Below, in pieces: positions 27,950-33,507 of a stretch of DNA of 33,507 bases (the stretch's first letter is position 1; each line of letters opens with the position of its first letter). This DNA is from Bacteroidota bacterium (GTDB taxonomy: Bacteria; Bacteroidota; Bacteroidia; Chitinophagales; UBA8649). The DNA is taken from assembly GCA_003447535.1 (NCBI GenBank), contig DLYY01000183.1, positions 10,926 to 44,432 on the forward strand, in the 5' to 3' direction. Below the pieces are notes generated by a model that saw only the letters and a program-made list of their open reading frames with translations, ran no database searches and was not told the DNA's origin. A program made the translations under genes and the position numbers.

Positions 27950-29101
27950 TTATCGAAATGCCTGCCTTGTATTTTCTGTCTCCAATTCAACGGATTGCGT
28001 AAAGGATTTCATCAGGTATCGCATGGACATCCGGCGATGGTAGACAGCCGATGCCATTGCGTTTGGCTGAGCGCCCACATTAGATTTTGCCTGTTGTGAA
28101 GTTCTCCCGTAACAAACTGTGTCTTTGTTATGCTCTATACCCAGTCCCACTAAGTCGTATAAGATTCTATGGTAGGCCTTAAATCTTCCTGCCCTTTTGT
28201 GGTTCAAACCAATCAAATGGGCATGAATCCGATTGGCATCTTCAAACCAAGAAATCCATCCAATCACCTCCTCGCCAACAGAATATGTTCGCAATTTTGG
28301 AAGACTCGAAGAAGCATTTCTTTCTATCTGAAAATATTCGGGCGACATAAGCTGAATGTAGAAGTCTACTGCGGACATAATATTTACATAGAGCGGATAC
28401 ATCGCCTCCGTTGGTGCTTCGCCCCAGTCGTTATAATCGGTTACTTGTAAGTCCTTGCTCCGCTCGGCCACTTGATTGTACTTTGTTCGGTACTTGGACC
28501 GAAGTGCCGCGGCATACTCTTCCATAGAGGAAAAGCGTGTGACATTCTCCAATATCATGTCGGGTTCTGAAGGTGTCATGTAAAAACCTCGTTCTTTTAG
28601 GCAATCAACCATCCAGGAATCAGTTGAACTATAAACATCTTTGATTAATATTCCATCATACGGTATCAAATCATTTTGTAATTGGCAAAGGAGGTAATCG
28701 TAAACCTCTTCCTTTGCCTCTTGACTTAACTCTTTGAAAAAAACCAAGCCATTATCGCCTGTAGTAAAAATGCTTCCCAACGACAATACTCTCCACCGAA
28801 TCGGACGGACAATAACGTCATATATCTTTTGGGTTAGCCAATTGTTGGGGCGAAAATTATCTAACCGTTCTCCGCTAAAAGGCATCCTTTGGAGATACGC
28901 CCTTGCCAATAAGGTGTCGCCTTCATAGACCGCACAGACAAAGTGTTCAATTGCAGGATTGCTCTGAGCTAAATGAGTGAGGTAATCCATTTCTTGAAAG
29001 GGAAATTTCTCCACCACCAAATCGCTGTGATTCGACGTAAAATCCTGAACAGATAGGACAGACACTGATCGGTCCTTGTATTGAAGAGAAGCATTGCCCA
29101 C
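27950..29101 (-). CDS. FemAB-like / tandem-GNAT acyltransferase of unknown substrate
   Basis: LGSIFTTG, ILIKD, EPDMIL, FSSMEEYAAALRSKYR, AHLIGL, YHRILYDLV and YGRTSQQAKSNVGA resemble the Fem-like GNAT family. Confidence 0.7.
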   Translation of the reverse strand: MGNASLQYKDRSVSVLSVQDFTSNHSDLVVEKFPFQEMDYLTHLAQSNPAIEHFVCAVYEGDTLLARAYLQRMPFSGERLDNFRPNNWLTQKIYDVIVRPIRWRVLSLGSIFTTGDNGLVFFKELSQEAKEEVYDYLLCQLQNDLIPYDGILIKDVYSSTDSWMVDCLKERGFYMTPSEPDMILENVTRFSSMEEYAAALRSKYRTKYNQVAERSKDLQVTDYNDWGEAPTEAMYPLYVNIMSAVDFYIQLMSPEYFQIERNASSSLPKLRTYSVGEEVIGWISWFEDANRIHAHLIGLNHKRAGRFKAYHRILYDLVGLGIEHNKDTVCYGRTSQQAKSNVGAQPNAMASAVYHRRMSMRYLMKSFTQSVELETENTRQAFR

Positions 29102-29103
29102 TT

Positions 29104-30198
29104 CTATGGTAACAACCTGTTTAAGTCATTGTTTTTTCCTGCCAACTGGCCGCAAGCGGCATCGATGTCATGACCACGGCTTCTTCGGATATGCGCCTCC
29201 AGTCCACTGTCTGTCAATATTTCTAAAAACCGGCGTGACCGAGTTGGCGTTGTTCGTTCTAAGGGCACTCCCTCCACCGAATTATACTCTATAAGGTTAA
29301 TAAAGCAGGGGAACTCTTTAGCAATACTAACAAGGTTCCTCGCATCCTCTTCTGAATCATTGAACTTTTGAAAGAGGATATATTCCAACGTTATTTTTCG
29401 TTTCGTGTGGGCATAAAATTCCTTTATAACTTCCACCACCTCTTCGATAGGATTGCTTTTGTTGATGTCCATTATTTGAGCTCGTTTTGCATTGGTGGCT
29501 GCATGAAGAGACCACGCTAAATTAAACTTACTGCCGCGTTCCGCTAACTTCCGAATACCTCGAACAATACCCACTGTGGAAAGAGTGATCCGCCTTGACG
29601 CCATATTCATTGCCTCTTCGGCCGTCAGAATTTCTGTAGCTCGAAATACCTCTTCCAAGTTGAGCAAGGGTTCTCCCATCCCCATAAATACAATATTCGT
29701 AAGGCCTCTTCCAAATTGGTCTAGGGCAAGCCTATTTAATCCTCGAACTTGGTCTACAATTTCAGAAAAAGCCAAGTTGCGATCACGCTTTAGTTGACCT
29801 GTGGCACAAAAAGAACAATGAAGAGTGCAACCAACTTGAGAGGAAATACAAGCCGTAATCCGTTTACTTGTTGGAATAATAACTCCTTCAACCGTCCGGC
29901 CGTCATGGAGAGCAAAGCCAACTTTAATCGTCCCATCTTGACTTTTTTGGATAATATCTACTTCTGCAATGTGAAAAACAAAAGACTCCTCAAGTCTAGC
30001 CCGAAGACTTTGGGGAAGGTTTGTCATCATATTAAAATGATCTGCCCCTTTAATCCAAAGCCATTCAAAAATCTGTTTAGCTCTAAAAGAGGGCTCATTG
30101 TTTTGCTCAAGCCATTGAGCTAAGTCTTCGCGAGCCATTGTCCGAATGTTTATCTTCTGTACAGGCTTGCTGTTTTCTGATGGGTTTACCGTATCCAT
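29104..30198 (-). CDS. rlmN: 23S rRNA A2503 / tRNA A37 C2-methyltransferase (radical SAM)
   Basis: CISSQVGCTLHCSFCATG, FMGMGEPLLN, SLHA, DIDAACGQL. Confidence 0.97.
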   Translation of the reverse strand: MDTVNPSENSKPVQKINIRTMAREDLAQWLEQNNEPSFRAKQIFEWLWIKGADHFNMMTNLPQSLRARLEESFVFHIAEVDIIQKSQDGTIKVGFALHDGRTVEGVIIPTSKRITACISSQVGCTLHCSFCATGQLKRDRNLAFSEIVDQVRGLNRLALDQFGRGLTNIVFMGMGEPLLNLEEVFRATEILTAEEAMNMASRRITLSTVGIVRGIRKLAERGSKFNLAWSLHAATNAKRAQIMDINKSNPIEEVVEVIKEFYAHTKRKITLEYILFQKFNDSEEDARNLVSIAKEFPCFINLIEYNSVEGVPLERTTPTRSRRFLEILTDSGLEAHIRRSRGHDIDAACGQLAGKNNDLNRLLP

Positions 30199-31409
30199 GC
30201 TTCCGGATTTAGTTTAACACTGTTCTTCCAAATTTCCAAGTGCATTCTTGGGGAAAGAGCTCCCAATCCCTCGCCATAAACAGACCCTATAACCTGACCT
30301 GAAGAAAGCGCTTGACCCCTCGAAAGCGAGGGCCTAGATAAGTTACTATATACAGTGAAATAAGGACCATGTTGCACAATCACTGTCCAGTGGACATTGG
30401 TCATTTCAAAAACCCGAGAAACTTTACCATTATACAAAACACGAACTTCTGTATTTGGCCTTGTTTCAATGTCTATCCCATTATTTTGAATAAGTAGAGA
30501 GGGCATGTCCGGATGACTTACTTGACCAAAACGGGTAACGATACGTCCGTTATTGACGGGCCATGGAAAACGCCCCTTATTGGCTGCAAAAGAATTTGCC
30601 AATTCAACGTCTACCGGATCCGGCGAGGTCAATCTTGCCCTCCTTTCTCGCTCTATCCGTGCTTCTGCCTCTAAAATCTCTTTGAGCCGAAGATCTAAGG
30701 CACTGATGTTGCCCAGGATTTCCGCTTTAATCTGCTCCTGGCGAGCCATATCATTTTCCAATGAAAGCAATGCGGCGTCATACTGTTCTTCCGATGCTTT
30801 GAGGGTGCGTTGTTCTTCAAGGAGTTCCGTTCGCTTGACTTCGAGCACTGTTATCTGTGCCTTCACCTTATCTTGGACTGAAACTAAATAGTCTTGAATT
30901 TCTTGTAATGCACGCATTTTGTAATTCAACACCCTAGATAAATTTCCCATAAACCGATAGCGCTGAAAAACATCTTCAAAGGAAGTAGACGACAATACAT
31001 ACATTGACCGGGTCTGTGAAACTCGATATCGATAGGCCATTCGAACGGCATCGGCACAACTTCCTTTAAGTCGTTCATATTCGTTCCGGGTGTTGTCCTC
31101 CTCATCTTGTAAAGAGTCAAGACTGTGGGCCAGCTGAAAGCTGTCCTGCCGAAGGAGATTAACCAAAGAGTCTTGAATTTGTCGTTGAGTACTGAGTAAC
31201 CTTAATTGATTAATCGTCACTTGTTGTTGGCTTTGGAGGCGCTGTATTTCTCCCTCTAAGCTTGCTAAATCACTTCGTAGTTTATCCTGTTTGCTCACTA
31301 TGGATGACGAAGTCTCTGGCTCCTGTGCGTGCAACCAACCGGCCACCAAAACTAAGCCCACCACACAGAAAAAAAAGCTAAAAAGCAGGCTATGGATGAA
31401 TGACTTCAT
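30186..31409 (-). CDS. envC: EnvC-like murein hydrolase activator (coiled coil plus degenerate M23/LytM)
   Basis: Signal peptide, long coiled coil, FAANKGRFPWPV, NNGIDI, HGPYFTVYSNL, MHLEIW. Start is ATG 31409 or 31439. Confidence 0.85.
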   Translation of the reverse strand: MKSFIHSLLFSFFFCVVGLVLVAGWLHAQEPETSSSIVSKQDKLRSDLASLEGEIQRLQSQQQVTINQLRLLSTQRQIQDSLVNLLRQDSFQLAHSLDSLQDEEDNTRNEYERLKGSCADAVRMAYRYRVSQTRSMYVLSSTSFEDVFQRYRFMGNLSRVLNYKMRALQEIQDYLVSVQDKVKAQITVLEVKRTELLEEQRTLKASEEQYDAALLSLENDMARQEQIKAEILGNISALDLRLKEILEAEARIERERRARLTSPDPVDVELANSFAANKGRFPWPVNNGRIVTRFGQVSHPDMPSLLIQNNGIDIETRPNTEVRVLYNGKVSRVFEMTNVHWTVIVQHGPYFTVYSNLSRPSLSRGQALSSGQVIGSVYGEGLGALSPRMHLEIWKNSVKLNPEAWIR

Positions 31410-32109
31410 AAGATGAAGGTACTTCAAAAGGAAGGTCATAGGGCCCTTTCTTTTCCAAGGAATTTGTGGATAGAGATACTTCTAAGCCCTCTGATTCGAC
31501 TATCAGGGTGCGATCTTTGGCCCACAGCCCTCCTTCTAGTTCTTTTATATTCACCCATTGAAGCGTAACCCATTGTTCAATAGAGGGCTCATAAACATCT
31601 AGGTGATTTACCCCTAGAGAGTCCGATGCAATAATTTTAACTGCCAATCCGGCCGGAGATATCCATAGAGAATCGTCTTTTTGAAAATCGTCTTTCTGTA
31701 ACACCACACCAAATATCCAAGACATCATCAAATCGTAATCACTAATTGCCGGTAATCCAAGGGCATCAAGCCCAGCGATTGTACCTGAATAATACGTTCG
31801 TTCTAATCGATTAAGTGCCTGTACCGAATCTCTAGAAAATAAAATCCGAGCCCCTTCAAATCCAAACTTGGTAAACTGTCCCCAAACCCTCTCGCCGCCA
31901 TTGGTTCTAAATTTTGCCTTAAATCGCTGGCTCTGATTATCGTAGAAGATAATGGCAGTGGTTGCCATCTCTAGCGTATCCAAACCCTTTAGCCAATGGC
32001 TCTCTAAAGAAGCATCCAGCAGACTTTGCTTAAGCACCTTGCACTGAGGCATCGTTAACCCCGCAAAAAGCACAAAGAGCAGCGCACCATATGATATACT
32101 TTGGCGCAT
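31390..32109 (-). CDS. DUF4292-like exported/lipoprotein
   Basis: Signal peptide with Cys (MPQC), GFEGARILFSRDSVQALNRLERTYYSG, and position between TPR and EnvC genes. Confidence 0.75.
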   Translation of the reverse strand: MRQSISYGALLFVLFAGLTMPQCKVLKQSLLDASLESHWLKGLDTLEMATTAIIFYDNQSQRFKAKFRTNGGERVWGQFTKFGFEGARILFSRDSVQALNRLERTYYSGTIAGLDALGLPAISDYDLMMSWIFGVVLQKDDFQKDDSLWISPAGLAVKIIASDSLGVNHLDVYEPSIEQWVTLQWVNIKELEGGLWAKDRTLIVESEGLEVSLSTNSLEKKGPYDLPFEVPSSYEVIHP

Positions 32110-33507
32110 TATGGCTTGACTTCAAGTATTTTTTGGTGTAAAAATTCTTCGGCACCACCGAGAATTATGGCTTGCTCATAAAAAAGAACTGCACGTGAGG
32201 GCTGGCCAAAGCGCGCATAATTATCCCCTAAAAACTCAACAACTTCGTAGGATTGAAATTGTTTAACATCTCCTTGATCTGTTAACAGATCGAACGCGTC
32301 CTGGGTGTTGGAAGCCTCTTCATACAAATCAAACAGCGCGGTTAGGGTTTGGATATACAATGTCGGTTGGCTTGAAGACGCAAGGGGTATTGTTTTTTTC
32401 CATGATTCAATAGCCGCGGGAATTTGTCCTAGCTTGCTGTAAGCAACGCCCTGCATAAAATAAATCAGAGGCTGCGCAAAAAAATAAGCCGTTGATTCTT
32501 CTGTGGCAGTCAACAGGCTCTCATACTCCTCTGCATCATAATACGAATAGAAGAGTTCTCGCCATAGACGAAAGTCGCCTTTGTCGAGGTCGATTCCTTT
32601 AGTTAGAGCCCCAATCATTTTTTCATATTCGCCATGCTTTTGGTAAAGCATGTACAAAGTGATCAAATACTTCAGGTCATCACTTGCTTCGTCCTGCAAG
32701 ACCATAGAATCAACAAAGACCACAATCCGCTTGTCGGTCAGTTTGCTGTAGGACTTTACCCACTGATTAATTTGCTCTTTCTGGAAAGAATAACCTTGAG
32801 GTCCAAAGTCATTTAACTCCTTAAGAGCATTCAGCCAGCTAGTGACATCACCAGCGGAAAGTGCGCGATTGGCAGAGAAGTCCACAACAGCCGGGGCAAG
32901 CTCTTTTATCTTTTTTCCTTCATTTAACCAAGCTTCCACGGCATGGTCTTTGCCTTGATATATGAGCGCAGCTAAATGGTCCTGAAAGGATTGTAGGCTT
33001 GCACCGCGCTCTGTAAAAAACCTCTTGCTTAGGTCCTCTATGTCGGCCCATTCTCGCTGTGCCTTAAGTACTTCAATGAAGGGACCGTAGACCTCATCAT
33101 CTAATCCGTATCGCTCAACATATTCTTCATACGAGTCAAGAGCAGAAAGTGTGTCGTGCATCATCAACTTTACGATTGCAATATTATTTAAATAACTGCG
33201 CTTAGAAGGTTCTACCTCGTGAAGATTTTCAAAAAGATCCACAGCTTCCTGCAATTTATTATTTCCGACATATATCTCGGCCAAAAACGCCATATACCAT
33301 ATGTTATCTGGATCGATCGAAAGCGCCTGCGTTAGGTGATAATCTGCACGGTTAAAGTCAAGTTCTTTAAAATAGATTACTGCCATCTCATAATGTGCCG
33401 CGTCGTTCGTAGGAATAGAAGATAGCGAGGCCTCAAAAGATACTATGGCCTCCTCGTAATTGTCAACGGCACGATATTTAATACCCTCGAAAAATGCTCG
33501 CTCACCA
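32109..33507 (-). CDS. TPR-repeat protein, 5'-truncated at window edge
   Basis: The frame stays open upstream of ATG 33386 to the window end (GERAFFEGIKYRAVDNYEEAIVSFE...AAHYEM). Multiple TPR-like repeats and VVEFLGDNY near the C-terminus. Confidence 0.88.
   Translation of the reverse strand, partial: GERAFFEGIKYRAVDNYEEAIVSFEASLSSIPTNDAAHYEMAVIYFKELDFNRADYHLTQALSIDPDNIWYMAFLAEIYVGNNKLQEAVDLFENLHEVEPSKRSYLNNIAIVKLMMHDTLSALDSYEEYVERYGLDDEVYGPFIEVLKAQREWADIEDLSKRFFTERGASLQSFQDHLAALIYQGKDHAVEAWLNEGKKIKELAPAVVDFSANRALSAGDVTSWLNALKELNDFGPQGYSFQKEQINQWVKSYSKLTDKRIVVFVDSMVLQDEASDDLKYLITLYMLYQKHGEYEKMIGALTKGIDLDKGDFRLWRELFYSYYDAEEYESLLTATEESTAYFFAQPLIYFMQGVAYSKLGQIPAAIESWKKTIPLASSSQPTLYIQTLTALFDLYEEASNTQDAFDLLTDQGDVKQFQSYEVVEFLGDNYARFGQPSRAVLFYEQAIILGGAEEFLHQKILEVKP

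Noticed and set aside
2562-32816. Numerous 60-115 aa ORFs nested within or antisense to identified genes
   Set aside because: They overlap well-supported conserved CDSs and show no recognisable motifs.
1-33507. CRISPR arrays, IS elements, prophage, defence systems, tRNA or rRNA genes
   Set aside because: No regularly spaced repeats, transposase or integrase motifs, or RNA-gene signatures were seen. Nearly all the sequence is explained by housekeeping CDSs.

Overview
This is a gene-dense core-genome segment of a Bacteroidota bacterium. The assignment rests on T9SS genes, a Rho with an N-terminal insertion, A-rich start contexts without Shine-Dalgarno sequences and TAnnTTTG-type promoters. The Rho N-terminus looks Chitinophagales-like, which is inference. 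Gene order is: 3'-truncated porU sortase (missing from the ORF track), divergent from porP/sprF-gldJ-murF; an arginase-fold protein; an amino-acid dehydrogenase plus transporter; class Ia RNR nrdB-nrdA; dusB; CPBP-cdsA-psd; mce; iscA; serS-orf78-glyA-TPR; rho; an SGNH-LysM2 protein; rpmH (missing from the track)-rnpA; and a 5'-truncated TPR-DUF4292-envC-rlmN-Fem/GNAT-ald cluster. I saw no mobile elements, CRISPR arrays, tRNA or rRNA genes, and no clear self-contained new multi-gene system. The best leads are: (1) an exported SGNH-LysM protein missing its catalytic Ser, Asn and His; (2) an rnpA with no ATG of its own that probably starts inside rpmH; (3) a rut-like C-rich leader on rho in a window where all six convergent gene junctions lack terminators; and (4) an nrdBA upstream region with inverted repeats and a basic 28-aa uORF.
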